Shown here: in pieces, positions 1 to 12,231 of the stretch | How positions within the stretch are numbered: the first letter of the stretch is position 1 | Layout of the letters: each line of letters starts with the position of its first letter | Source: an uncultured Acidobacteriota bacterium | Lineage (GTDB): Bacteria > Acidobacteriota > Thermoanaerobaculia > UBA5066 > Gp7-AA6 | DNA: 64,000 bases | Direction of reading: 5' to 3' | NCBI GenBank assembly: GCA_963776755.1 | Contig: CAVZNW010000002.1 | Location: 1,315,741-1,379,740, forward strand | Position numbers and translations under genes: made by a program | The notes under the pieces: model-generated | What the model was told of the DNA's origin: nothing | Database searches by the model: none | Seen by the model: only the letters and a program-made list of their open reading frames with translations

Positions 1-351
1 AGCCCGAGAGAAAGAAGAGCGCCGCCGAAGGTGACGAACGGCCAGACCCAGCGCTTCTCGCGCCGATAGAGGGCGGGCGAGATGAAGAGCCAGAGCTGCC
101 ACGAGGATCACGGGCGACGAGAGGAGGATGCCCGCGAGCAGCGCGACGCGGAAGTACATCATGAAGGGCTCGGTCAGCGTCGTGTAGGCGAGGTTCTGGC
201 CGGGCGGGAGCACGGCGCGAATCGGGCGGCGCGAGGAAGTCGAAGATCTGCGGGGCCCAGTACCAGCACAGCGAGGAACGCCGACGAAGACGGCGACGAT
301 CGAGACGATCAGGCGCTTGCGCAGCTCCTCGAGGTGCTCGAAGAACCCCAT
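1..351 (-). CDS. tatC: Tat translocase subunit TatC, 5' part (gene runs off the window start); frame broken at least 3 times
   Basis: Hand translation of the minus strand from ATG at 351 gives [24 protein letters not shown] / [13 protein letters not shown] / [42 protein letters not shown] / [34 protein letters not shown]. This is the classic TatC N-terminal half. It is absent from the ORF track because no stop lies inside the window. Confidence 0.85.
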   Translation of the reverse strand, partial: MGFFEHLEELRKRLIVSIVAVFVGVPRCAGTGPRRSSTSSRRPIRAVLPPGQNLAYTTLTEPFMMYFRVALLAGILLSSPVILVAALALHLARPLSAREALGLAVRHLRRRSSFSRA

Positions 352-426
352 CCGCGGGAGCTCGTCCTCCTCGCCGGCGGGCCGTCCCGACCGCGCCGTC
401 GAGGAGCTCGCGCGGGTTGAAGCCGC

Positions 427-745
427 TCAAGCGGGGCGAATCGGCGAGTCGGTCCGGCGGGACCGCGCGGCCTCGGCCGCGGCGGCGGGGCCTCGGAGGC
501 CGGCGACGGCCGAGGGTGCCGCCGGACGTCGCCGCGACCTCGCTGCCTGGCACCGCCGCGGCCTCGTGCTTGCCCTGCTCGATTTCGTCCTCGATCGTCT
601 TCTTCAGGTCCTCGGACGCCTTCTTGAACTCGGCCAGGCCCTTGCCGAGCGACTTGCCGATCTCGGGAAGCTTCTTCGGGCCGAAGACGAGGAGCGCCAC
701 GACGAAAATCAGGATCAATTCGGGCATTCCAATCGAACCGAACAT
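427..745 (-). CDS. tatA: TatA/TatB-type Tat translocase subunit
   Basis: Minus-strand ATG at 745 gives [61 protein letters not shown], a TM helix plus amphipathic helix. The 3' end is uncertain: no stop in the starting frame, and TGA 427-429 is reachable only after a frame change. Confidence 0.8.
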
Positions 746-752
746 GTTCTGT

Positions 753-773
753 CCCTCCGGAAGGGGGATTTTA
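753..773 (-). promoter_or_regulatory. tatA 5' region: -10-like TAAAAT (773-768) and GGAGGG Shine-Dalgarno (758-753)
   Basis: Minus strand reads cgTAAAATcccccttccGGAGGGacagaacATG. Confidence 0.4.
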
Positions 774-809
774 CGCCGGCCGCCAGGCAGCTACCGGGCG
801 AGACTTTCG

Positions 810-824
810 GCGACCGGCGTGCCA
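810..824 (-). promoter_or_regulatory. sigma-54 (-24/-12)-like element upstream of tatA
   Basis: Minus strand reads TGGCACGccggTCGC against consensus TGGCACG-N4-TTGC. The GG/GC spacing is correct and there is one mismatch. It sits about 65 nt upstream of the tatA ATG in the tatA/ctp divergent gap. Confidence 0.3.
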
Positions 825-826
825 CA

Positions 827-2497
827 ATGCCAGACCTCGAGGAGGGAGCGCTCTTGAGCCGTCCGAAGTCCCGGTTGTTCTCGCGCGCCTCGGCCTCGTC
901 GCGGCGCGCCACCCTGCTCGGCGGCGTCTTCGCGCGGCAAGCTCTCCGCCAGCCCGGAGCGGGACACTCCCTCCCTCGACGAGTACGCCGACATCCTGAC
1001 GACCCTCTCCGACTGGGCGCCCGAGCCGGTGCCGCCGGACAAGATCGTCTACGCCTCGATCCACGGGATGCTCTCGCGGCTGGACCCGCACACGTCCTTC
1101 CTCGAGCCCGACGAGTTCTCCGCGATGAAGGAGAAGCAGCACGGCTCCTTCTACGGCCTCGGGCATCCAGATCCAGAAGCGGATGGGCAAGATCACGGTC
1201 ATCGCGCCGATGGAGGGCACGCCGGCCTACAAGATGGGCATCCGCGCCGGCGACATCATCACGCACATCGGCGACGAGGAGCTCAAGGAAGACGTCTACG
1301 ACCGAGGACGTCGTCCGCAAGCTCCGCGGGCCCAAGGGCACGCACGTCACGATCACGATCCGCCGGGTCGGCTTCGACGAGCCGATCCGGATGACGATCA
1401 CGCGCGCCGAGATCCCGACGCGGTCCGTCCGCTACGCCTTCATGCTCGAGCCGGGCGTCGGCTACATCATGCTGTCGCGACTTCACCCACACCTCGAACC
1501 GCGAGCTCTACGAGGCGATCGAGAAGCTCGAGAAGCAGGGCATGAAGAAGCTCCTGCTTCGACCTGCGCGGCAACCCCGGCGGCGTGCTCGAGCAGGCGG
1601 TCGACGTCACCGACGTCTTCGTGCCGAAGGGCGTCGATGGTCGTCTACACCCGCGGCCGCACGGCCTCCTCGGCGCAGGAGTACTTCGCGCCCGGCGAGG
1701 GCGCCGCACTTCGACCAGCCCCTCGTCGTGCTCGTCAACCGCGGCTCGGCCTCGGCCTCGGAGATCGTCGCCGGCGCCATCCAGGACCACGACCGCGGCC
1801 TCATCGTCGGCCAGCGCACGTGGGGCAAGGGTCTCGTCCAGAGCGTCTACACGCTGTCCTACGGCGCGGGCCTGGCGCTGACGACGGCGCGGTACTACAC
1901 GCCCTCGGGCCGCTGGATCCAGAGGGACTACAGCGACCTGCTCGCCTACGTGAACCCGGGCGATCCGGACGCGGCTCCGCCGAGACGGGCGAGGATGCGC
2001 CGCACGCGAGCGCCGAGAGCGCGGTCTTCTACACGGACGCCGGACGCGTCGTGTACGCGCAGGGCGGCATCACGCCGGACGTCATCGTCAAGAACGACCG
2101 GGACTCGAAGCTGCTCCAGCAGCTGCTGGCGCGCTACGCGTTCTTCAACTTCGCCGTGGACTGGCTCTCCCGCCACCCGAACGTCGCCGGAGACTTCACG
2201 GTCACGCCCGAGATGCGCGACGAGTTCTTCCAGTTCGTCGAGAAGTCCGCCAAGTACTCGACCGCCGACGAGCTCAAGAAGGCCGTACGAACGAGGACCC
2301 CAACCGCAGCCTCGTCGACCTCGCGATCCAGATCGAGATCGTCAACGCCACGCTTCGGACCGGAGGCCGGCCGCAAGGCGTGCGCCGCCGGCGACCCGCA
2401 GATCCAGAAGGGCCTGACCCTCTTCGGCGAGGCCGCCCGCATCGCGGCCCTGCCGAAGAAGAAGCGCGAGATCGCCGTCAAGGCCGGCGGGCAGTAG
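827..2497 (+). CDS. ctpA: S41 family carboxy-terminal processing peptidase (PDZ + S41 domains); at least 10 frame switches
   Basis: Segments are spread over three frames. They include [40 protein letters not shown]; [34 protein letters not shown] (PDZ); [19 protein letters not shown]; [16 protein letters not shown]; and [37 protein letters not shown] (catalytic region). The gene ends ..[13 protein letters not shown] at 2497. Confidence 0.9.
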   Translation: MPDLEEGALLSRPKSRLFSRASASSRRATLLGGVFARQALRQPGAGHSLPRRVRRHPDDPLRLGARAGAAGQDRLRLDPRDALAAGPAHVLPRARRVLRDEGEAARLLLRPRASRSRSGWARSRSSRRWRARRPTRWASAPATSSRTSATRSSRKTSTTEDVVRKLRGPKGTHVTITIRRVGFDEPIRMTITRAEIPTRSVRYAFMLEPGVGYIMLSRLHPHLEPRALRGDREAREAGHEEAPASTCAATPAACSSRRSTSPTSSCRRASMVVYTRGRTASSAQEYFAPGEGAALRPAPRRARQPRLGLGLGDRRRRHPGPRPRPHRRPAHVGQGSRPERLHAVLRRGPGADDGAVLHALGPLDPEGLQRPARLREPGRSGRGSAETGEDAPHASAESAVFYTDAGRVVYAQGGITPDVIVKNDRDSKLLQQLLARYAFFNFAVDWLSRHPNVAGDFTVTPEMRDEFFQFVEKSAKYSTADELKKAVRTRTPTAASSTSRSRSRSSTPRFGPEAGRKACAAGDPQIQKGLTLFGEAARIAALPKKKREIAVKAGGQ

Positions 2498-2658
2498 GCG
2501 CAAGCGCGCGGCCCGGCCGACTGGCCGCCATTCCGGCGCCGTAGTCCGGGCGGATCGAAAAGCCGCCGAAGCACACCGCAGGATCGGGATCGGCCGCAGG
2601 TGCCAGCTCGCCCAGGACCGGGGCGAATCCCCGTGGACGTCCCCGCGGCGGCCGCCCC

Positions 2659-3948
2659 TCAGCTCCTCTGTTCGTCCCGCGAGGCCTCCTGCCAGTCTCC
2701 GCCGCGCGGCAGCACGAGCTGGCAGCCGCGGAGGCGATAGGCGGAGGGGTCCCTCGCGCCGGGGGGTTCCTCTCCCCGGCCCACCCGTCGCGCCGCCTCG
2801 AGCAGGAGCTGCCGGAGGCGGATGATGCCGGCGTCCGACGCTCCGAGGTGCTCGAGGCTCCGATCGACGATCCGGCCCATGCTCTCCTGCACCGCGGCGT
2901 CCTGGATCGGCGGCGACTCTTCGATGCCCGTGAAGTTCCGGGTCCGCTGGCGCTGCCGGTCGAGGAACCAGTCGTTCTCGCGCGAGGCCTGCAGCCGTCG
3001 CCGCTCGAGGGGCGAAAGGCCGTCGGACCTCAGGCCGCTTTCCGGGACGCGCCCTTCCCGGCTTCCCGGCCCGGAGGCCGGGAGGTCCTCGTCGGGCCTC
3101 CAGTTCGGCTCCCAGACGAGGGTGTTCTCGTCGTCGAGGGGGACGAACGCCTTGGCTCGCCGTTCGACTCCGATCGCCGGCACGCTCGTGAAAATGGGCA
3201 TGAGGAACTGTGTGATGCGCCAGTAGTCGCTCCGGGGGTCGTAGGCGCGCCGGGCCCCGATCGTCAGGCCGGCCGGAGTCTCCGTGACGTGGAGGACCGG
3301 CTGGACGTCCCGTGTCGTGACGTCGCGCAGGTCGTCGCCCTCGCCGTAGGCAACCTCCCGGCTGCCGTCGGGGCGAAAGCGGGCGTGCAGCCACCCGATG
3401 TGCGCCGTGTCGACGTCGCCCTCGAGCGCCTGCAGCCAGTTGCACTCCCGCAGGTACTGGAAGGAGCCGCGGCGGGCAGACGGGACGAGGGCCCAGCCCA
3501 GGTCCGGCAGCGGCGGCAGCCCCGCGTCCCCGGCCCGGGCCCCGAGGTAAGCCCAGACGATCCCGTGGCGCTCCCGGCAGGCGTAGGCCGTCGCGACGAC
3601 ACCCTCCCTCAACCGGCTGCCGGACGGCTCCGTGGGCGCCTCGAGGCAGCGGCCGGAGGCGTCGAACTTCCAGCCATGGTAGACACAGCGGATCCCGCCC
3701 TGCTCGTTTCGCCCCAGGAAGAGCGAGGCCCGCCGGTGCGGACACCCCTCGGCGAGCAGGGCCGCCCTCCCCTCGGTGTCCCGGAACGCCACCAGGTCCT
3801 CGCCCAGCAGCCTCACCCGCCTCGGCGGCCCGTCCGGAGGCCCCAGCGCCTCCGACTCCAGCACCGGCAGCCAGTACCGCCGCAGCACCGCCCCCATGGG
3901 CGTCCCGGGCCCCACCCGGGTCAGGATCTCGTTGTCCTCAGGCGTCAC
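2659..3948 (-). CDS. Rieske [2Fe-2S] non-haem-iron oxygenase, phthalate-dioxygenase-like alpha subunit (intact 429-aa ORF)
   Basis: Single ORF 2659..3948. Rieske motif CPHRRASL..CVYHGWKF. Mononuclear iron motif NWLQALEGDVDTAHIGWLH (D-x2-H-x4-H). N-terminus LTRVGPGTPMGAVLRRYWLPV is typical of this class. Confidence 0.9.
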   Translation of the reverse strand: MTPEDNEILTRVGPGTPMGAVLRRYWLPVLESEALGPPDGPPRRVRLLGEDLVAFRDTEGRAALLAEGCPHRRASLFLGRNEQGGIRCVYHGWKFDASGRCLEAPTEPSGSRLREGVVATAYACRERHGIVWAYLGARAGDAGLPPLPDLGWALVPSARRGSFQYLRECNWLQALEGDVDTAHIGWLHARFRPDGSREVAYGEGDDLRDVTTRDVQPVLHVTETPAGLTIGARRAYDPRSDYWRITQFLMPIFTSVPAIGVERRAKAFVPLDDENTLVWEPNWRPDEDLPASGPGSREGRVPESGLRSDGLSPLERRRLQASRENDWFLDRQRQRTRNFTGIEESPPIQDAAVQESMGRIVDRSLEHLGASDAGIIRLRQLLLEAARRVGRGEEPPGARDPSAYRLRGCQLVLPRGGDWQEASRDEQRS

Positions 3949-3957
3949 GCGACGCCG

Positions 3958-3963
3958 ATTCTA
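3958..3963 (-). promoter_or_regulatory. -10 box TAGAAT 9 nt upstream of the Rieske GTG start (leaderless arrangement)
   Basis: Minus strand reads gagccaTAGAATcggcgtcgcGTGacg, with no SD in between. Confidence 0.45.
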
Positions 3964-3991
3964 TGGCTCCTCGGAAGCGGCTCGCGGCGGC

Positions 3992-4021
3992 AAAAAAAAC
4001 GCCCCGCCTTGCGGCGGGGCG
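3992..4021 (-). terminator. Rho-independent terminator of the Ig-like repeat gene
   Basis: Minus strand reads CGCCCCGCCgcaaGGCGGGGCG followed by TTTTTTTT, about 30 nt after the stop at 4054. Confidence 0.8.
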
Positions 4022-4053
4022 AAGGTTTCTCGGGGTGCCCCCCGTCTGGTTCC

Positions 4054-5752
4054 CTAGTCGTGGGTCGGGACGTTGTTGTCCACCACGAACTTGCGCCGCC
4101 CGATCTCGCGTCCGGTTGCCGGCGCGGTCGACCACGTAGATCGAGAGGTCGTGCGCCGAATTCGAAAGCCGCGTCGTGTCGAGGACGAAGGACAGGCCGA
4201 CGTTCGCGGTCGGCACGCGGAAGTCGTGGGCCGGAACGTCCGGGCGGAGCAGGCCGTAGCTCGCGTTCCCGACCACCTGGCCGTCGACGTCGACCTCGAC
4301 GCGACAGGACGCCCTGGAAGTCGTAGGCCCAGCCGAAGACCTCGAAGAGGCCGTTGATGAACTGGTAGTTCGACGGCGTGTCGACGTAGCCGAAGGCCGG
4401 CTGGTCGCCCGTGTCCACCGTCGCAGAGGATGTCGACCGACATCGCGCCGATCTGGGTGACCGTCTCCTCCTCGTCGCCCACGCGGATCGCGACCGTGTG
4501 CTTGCCGGCCGTCGTGTAGCCGACGAGCACCGGATCGGCCCGCGCTCACCGGCGAGAGGATCGAGATCTGGCCGCTGACGTTGTCGCGGCCGAGGAAGAA
4601 CGAGAAGCTCGAAGCCGGCGTTGTCCGCGTTGACGTAGCCCGAGTAGCTGCGGCGCGACGTCCGGCCGGTTGATGCCGTAGCAGTTGGTCAGCGTCTGCC
4701 GCCGATCTGCGTGCAGTCGGACCGGGTGTTCGCGACGATCTGGCCGTCGAGCAGCAGCTCGACGTACGACACCTGGCCCGCGGTCCAGCGCGCGAACCGA
4801 CGTCGAGCGCCCAGCCCGTCGACGACGTTGAAGGCCGACGGGAAGCAGACGTCGGGCGTGCAGGGCGAGGGGAACCCGCCCGGGCTGGTGAGTGCAGAAG
4901 AGCGAGGCCTTGTCGAGCGGGAAGTCGATGCGCCGAAGGGCGCCAGGTTCTGCCCGTTGTTGACGATCTGGACGCGCCGCGTGCCGAGCTCGCGCGAAGC
5001 CCCCTCGTTGTCGGTCGCCCGCACCGAGATGACGTGGATGCCGTTGACGAACTGCGATCGTGTCGATGTTGGCGACGAACCCCGAGTAGAGCGCAGTCGG
5101 GCACGTCGGGGAAGGCCGCGGCCACGTCCGGCCGCGGTCGAGCCGTAGGTCGCCGTCGAAGGCTCGCCGCGGCCGACCGCGCCCGCCACGATCCGGCCGT
5201 CGACGAGGAAGTCGATGTGGTCGATGTCGACGTCGTCGATCGCCCAGCCCGCGACCGGGAAGGACCCGTTGGCGCCCGTCGAGGCCGGTCGGCGCCCGGG
5301 ATGTCGATGTAGCCGAACGGCGCCTGGTTGACCGGGGTGTCGACGTTCACGGTGATGCCCGGCAGGGAGAACAGTCTGGCCTGCGTCGCGGACTCGCGTG
5401 ACGCGGATCTGCAGGGTGTGCGCACCGTCGTCGTAGGAACGCGCGTAGAACGACGTGACGAAGCCCGGGTTGGGCGTCGGGCTGTTGGCAGTAGGTCGGG
5501 AAGATCTCGAGGACGTCGGGCCGCGGCAGGTTCATGTCCGCGCTGGTTGACGACGACGCCGTCGACGAGCGAGCTCGATCCGATCGATCCCGTTGAAGTC
5601 GAGCACGAACCCGGAGACCCGCACGATCCCGGAGACCGTCTGGCCGCTGGCCGGGAGTCGATGCCTCCGATCGGCTGGGCGCCGGCCTCTCTCGCGAGGA
5701 GCCACACCATCGAAACGAGAAGCGCCAAGAGCCGGGGCGCCTTCCTGAACAT
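4054..5752 (-). CDS. Secreted protein with four tandem Ig-like (~140 aa) modules; many frame breaks
   Basis: Signal peptide MFRKAPRLLALLVSMVWLLAREAGA starts at 5752. The repeated module is P(I/F)G.ID.P..G..V.G...V.G(W/F)..D...I..(I/V)...DG..V......RPDV. Examples: QPIGGIDSRPA..GQTVSGIVRVSGFVLDFNGIDRIEL; QAPFGYIDIPG; NLAPFG; QPAFGYVDTPSNYQFINGLFEVFGWAYDFQG; VEVDVDGQVVGNASYGLLRPDVPAHDF. The gene ends ..GRRKFVVDNNVPTHD* at 4054. Confidence 0.7.
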
Positions 5753-5961
5753 GCGCTTTCCTCCCCCGAAAATGTAAGAAAAGAATGTGAAAAATAGGCC
5801 GAAAAGTCAAGCGGTATCAGGTCTTCGCCTCATTTTTTTAGGCAAACACCGCCGCGGAATGCTAAAACCCCGTGTGTGCAACCTCGCGGCGCCGAGACGC
5901 CTCGACGGGGCCCGGCCGAGTCGGCGGGAGGAGCCCGGGGGCGGGTGACGCCGGTCACCTC

Positions 5962-7000
5962 ATGAGGGAAATTCTCCGGTCGCGCCGGTTCCAGGCGGCA
6001 GCTTCGATCGTGCTCGCGGTCGCGCTGCTTGGCGTTCTTCCTCTCGCGCGTCCCTCTCGCGGACATCGGCCGGCAGATCGCCGTCGATCTCGCCGGGCTG
6101 GCTCGCCGCGAGCATCGGCATCTCGCTCGCGACCTTCGTCCTGCGCGCCCTGCGCTGGGTCTGGATCCTGCGGCCTCTCGGCCGGGTGCCGTTCTTCCCG
6201 GCGTTTCGCGCCACGGCCGTCGGCTTCGCCGCCAACACGGTGCTGCCGGCCCGGGCCGGCGAGGTGCTGCGGCCCGCCCTGCTCGCGCGCGAGCGCGGGC
6301 CTCCCCTTCGCGGCCCTGCTCGCCTCGATCGTCTTCGAGCGGGTCCTCGACGCGCTGGCCCAGCTCTTCTTCCTCGGCCTCGCGCTGGCCGGGCCGGATC
6401 CTCGGCGATGGGCTCCTTCTCGTCGGGACGGGTGCGGGTGGTCGCGGCCGCCGTCGCCGGAACGGCGATCCTCGTGGCCCTCTTCGCCGTCGTCTGGCGC
6501 GGCGCGACCGAGCGGCTCTTCGAGCTCCTCTTCCTCGGCCTGCCCGAGCGTTTCCGACCCGCGGCCCGCCGCCTCGCGCACACCTTCCTCGACGGCTTCG
6601 CTTCGCTCAAGACGCCGCGCCTGGCGGCGCTCGTCGCCGGCGGATCGCTCGCCATGTGGTTCGTCATCAACGTCCAGATCTACTGCGTCATGCGCGCCTT
6701 CGGACTCGCAGCTGCCGCTCTCGGCGGCGTACGTCGTCACGACCGCGGCCGTCCTCGGCCTCGCGGTGCCCACGCCCGGCGGCGTCGGCGGCTACCACGC
6801 GGCGGTCCAGTTCGCCCTGACCGACGTCTTCCACGTCCCGCTCGCCGACGGCCACGGGCGTGGCGCTGATCGCCCACGCCGTCTCGTTCGTGCCGATCTC
6901 GATCATCGGATTCGCGCTCTTTGCCGGCGAGCCCCTGGCGCCGCGAGGGCCTGCGGGACCTCCACGCGGCGCGACCGGAGACGCGCTAGAAGTCGGATAA
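5962..7000 (+). CDS. Flippase-like / lysyl-phosphatidylglycerol-synthase TM-region family (UPF0104) membrane protein
   Basis: MREILRSRRFQAAASIVLAVALLG; FFLSRVPLADIGRQIA; VPFFPAFRATAVGFAANTVLPARAGEVLRPALLARERG; FAALLASIVFERVLDALAQLFFLGLALAG. An alternative in-frame GTG lies at 5872. The 3' end is approximate. Confidence 0.65.
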
Positions 7001-7003
7001 GCT
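6998..7003 (+). promoter_or_regulatory. -10-like TAAGCT 10 nt upstream of the nrdR ATG (leaderless arrangement)
   Basis: ggaTAAGCTcttccgcgcgATGaag, with no SD. Confidence 0.35.
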
Positions 7004-7013
7004 CTTCCGCGCG

Positions 7014-7486
<473 letters not shown>

Positions 7487-7557
7487 GGCGGACCCCCGCG
7501 ACGTCATCCCGAGGCGCGCGAGAGCCGTCCGAGGGCGCGCGCCGAGACGGAAGCCTG

Positions 7558-8029
7558 GTGAAGCGCACCGCGGTTCTACGGCCGATCGTCGAGCTCTCGC
7601 GGCTCCAGGGCGAGCTCAACCGCCTCTTCGCCGCCTTCGTCGAGACCAACAACGCGGCAGCGGCGCCCCGGCGGCCACGTCCTGGGACCCCAACGTCGAC
7701 GTCCTCGACGACGGCGAGGCGATCCGCATCCTGGTCGAGCTGCCCGGGGTGGAGGCCGCCGACGTCCGGGTCTCGATCCGCGGGCAAGGTCGTCATGATC
7801 CGCGGCACCAAGAAGGGGCGCATCCGCGCCCGGAGGGCATGCGCTTCTTCTGCATGGAGCGCTACTTCGGGACCTTCGTGAAGTCGATCCCGCTGCCCCG
7901 CCCCGTCAACTCGCACCACGCCAAGACGAGCATCCGAAGGACGGCATCCTCGAGGTCATCCTCCCGCGCGTGCCGGACCTGCGGGAGAAGGAGATCGAGA
8001 TCCCGGTCGCCGCGGAGCACGAGGAGTAG
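7558..8029 (+). CDS. Hsp20/alpha-crystallin family small heat-shock protein
   Basis: [24 protein letters not shown]; [32 protein letters not shown]; VVMIRGTKK; [18 protein letters not shown]; [14 protein letters not shown] stop at 8027-8029. Confidence 0.85.
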
Positions 8030-8032
8030 TCT
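8027..8032 (+). promoter_or_regulatory. -10-like TAGTCT 9 nt upstream of the lon ATG (overlaps the hsp20 stop)
   Basis: gagTAGTCTccgagacccATGgcc, with no SD. Confidence 0.35.
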
Positions 8033-8041
8033 CCGAGACCC

Positions 8042-10544
<2,503 letters not shown>

Positions 10545-10548
<4 letters not shown>

Positions 10549-11567
10549 AAGCCGGAGGACCGGCTTCGTCGACAGGCTCCGCGCCCTGGCCGTTCCGGGC
10601 GGCGCCGTCCGGATCGGGCCCGGCGACGACGCCGCCGTCGTCGCGCGGGAGGCGGGTCTTCTCGCGGCGACGACCGACATGCTGGTCGAGGGCGTGGACT
10701 TCCTCCCGGGAGAGGACCCGGAGCGCCTCGGACGGCGCGCCGTCGCCGTGAACCTCTCGGACCTCGCCGCGATGGGCGCCGAGCCCGAGTTCTTCCTGCT
10801 CGCGATCGGCTTTCCGCGGGACCGCGGCGAGGACCTACCCCTCGCCGTCGCGCGGGGCGCGATCGCGCGCGGCCGCCGAGTTCGGCGCGCGTCTGGTCGG
10901 CGGCGACCTCTCCGACGCGCCCCAGATCGTGATCACGGTGGCGCTCTGGGGCCGGCCCGGCCGGCGAGCCCCTGACGCGCTCGGGCGCCCGGCCCGGCGA
11001 CCTCGTCTACGTCTCCGGCCATCCGGGCGAGGCCGCGGCGGGCCTGCGCCTGGCGCGCGGATCGCCGCGTTCGCACTCGCCCGGCCGCGCGCGTCCCCGA
11101 GCTCTCGGCCGACGACCAGGCGCGTCTGCTCGCCGCCTACCGCGATCCCGACGCCCCGCATCGCGCTCGGCGCCGCGCTCGCCCGCGAGCGGCTCGCGAC
11201 CGCCGCGATCGACGTCTCCGACGGCCTCGGCGTCGACGCCGGCGCGCCTGGCGCGGGCCTCGGGCGTCCGCCTCGTGCTCGAGCGCGGAGCGCTGCCCGG
11301 TCTCGACGGCGCTTCGCGCCTTCGCCGCCGCGGAGGAGCTCGACCCCATCGAGCTGGCGCTCTCGCGGCGGCGACGATTACGAGCTGCTCTTCACGGTCC
11401 GCGAGGCCGACGCCGCCGCGGCTCGAGGACGAGGCCCCGGCCCTCGGCGTGCCGCGTCCGCGGATCGGCCGCGTCGAGCCGGGGCGCGGAGCGGCGCTCT
11501 CGCGACCGGCCGGACCGAGCGCGACATCGCCGACCTCGGCCACGACCACCTCGAGGCGGCGCGATGA
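10545..11567 (+). CDS. thiL: Thiamine-monophosphate kinase
   Basis: [62 protein letters not shown]; [20 protein letters not shown]; [26 protein letters not shown]; [11 protein letters not shown]. The start is GTG overlapping the lon stop. The gene ends at 11567. Confidence 0.8.
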
Positions 11568-11568
11568 C

Positions 11569-12150
11569 GTGATCGCTTCCACCCGACGGCCCGACCGGGA
11601 CACGACGCAGCGGCGGCGCTGCCGCTCGTTGAAGCGCCGCCGCCTCCGGCTGCTGCTCGACCTGATGGGCCGCGAGGAGCCGCCCGAGACGCGTCGCCGC
11701 CGCCCTCGCGCTCGGCGTCGGCGTCGGGCTCTCGCCCTTCATCGGGTTCCACTTCATCCTCGCCGATCGTCCTCGCGTTCGTTCTTCCGGCTGAACAAGC
11801 TCGACACGGTCCTCGGCTCGCTTCGCCGGCAACCCGTGGACGCTGCCGGCCTTCTATGCCGGTCGGCTACCGGCTCGGCCGATGCGGTCCTCGGCTACGC
11901 CCCGGCCCGGGTGCCGCCGCTGCAGTGGGAGCGAATCCTCCACAACGACTTCTGGGTCGCGTTCCGCGGGCCCGGCTTCGCAGCCGCGCCTCGGCGTCGT
12001 TTCTCGTCGGCACGACGCTCCTCGCCGTCGTCGCGGCGCTGGCCGACCTACCTCATCGCGCGGGCGCTCCTGAAGCTCTACCACCGCCGTCACCCCGCAT
12101 CGCGGCGCGCGCCGCGCGGCGCCGCGAGCGCGCCGGCCGGCGCCGCCGCG
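11569..12150 (+). CDS. DUF2062 family membrane protein (3' end uncertain)
   Basis: ALALGVGVGLSPFIGFHFILA..VLRLNKLDTVLGSLAGNPWTLPAFY read across frames; LYHRRHP tail. Confidence 0.5.
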
Positions 12151-12231
12151 GAGACGCGGTCCGCCTCCCGAGCGCGTCGCACCAGGCTCGCGACGACCGG
12201 TCCTTCAGCGCCGAGCTTGCGAGCGCCCGCG

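Noticed and set aside
2498-2658. 161-bp convergent gap (and 24460-24585) inspected for small RNAs such as SRP RNA, riboswitches or terminators
   Set aside because: Only short GC hairpins are present (for example CGGGGcgaatCCCCG). I found no match to any conserved ncRNA core that I can recall, so nothing supportable.
2342-4326. Long ORFs overlapping or antisense to the Rieske gene (2342..3745 minus strand, 467 aa; 2848..4326 plus strand, 492 aa)
   Set aside because: Their translations are Arg/Pro/Gly/Ala/Ser-rich low-complexity text with no motifs. That is typical of open off-frames in very GC-rich DNA. The Rieske frame carries all the conserved motifs.
5760-5870. AT-rich patch considered as a mobile-element scar or integration site
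   Set aside because: There are no inverted or direct terminal repeats, no tRNA, and no integrase or transposase nearby. Its position between two divergent starts fits a promoter region.
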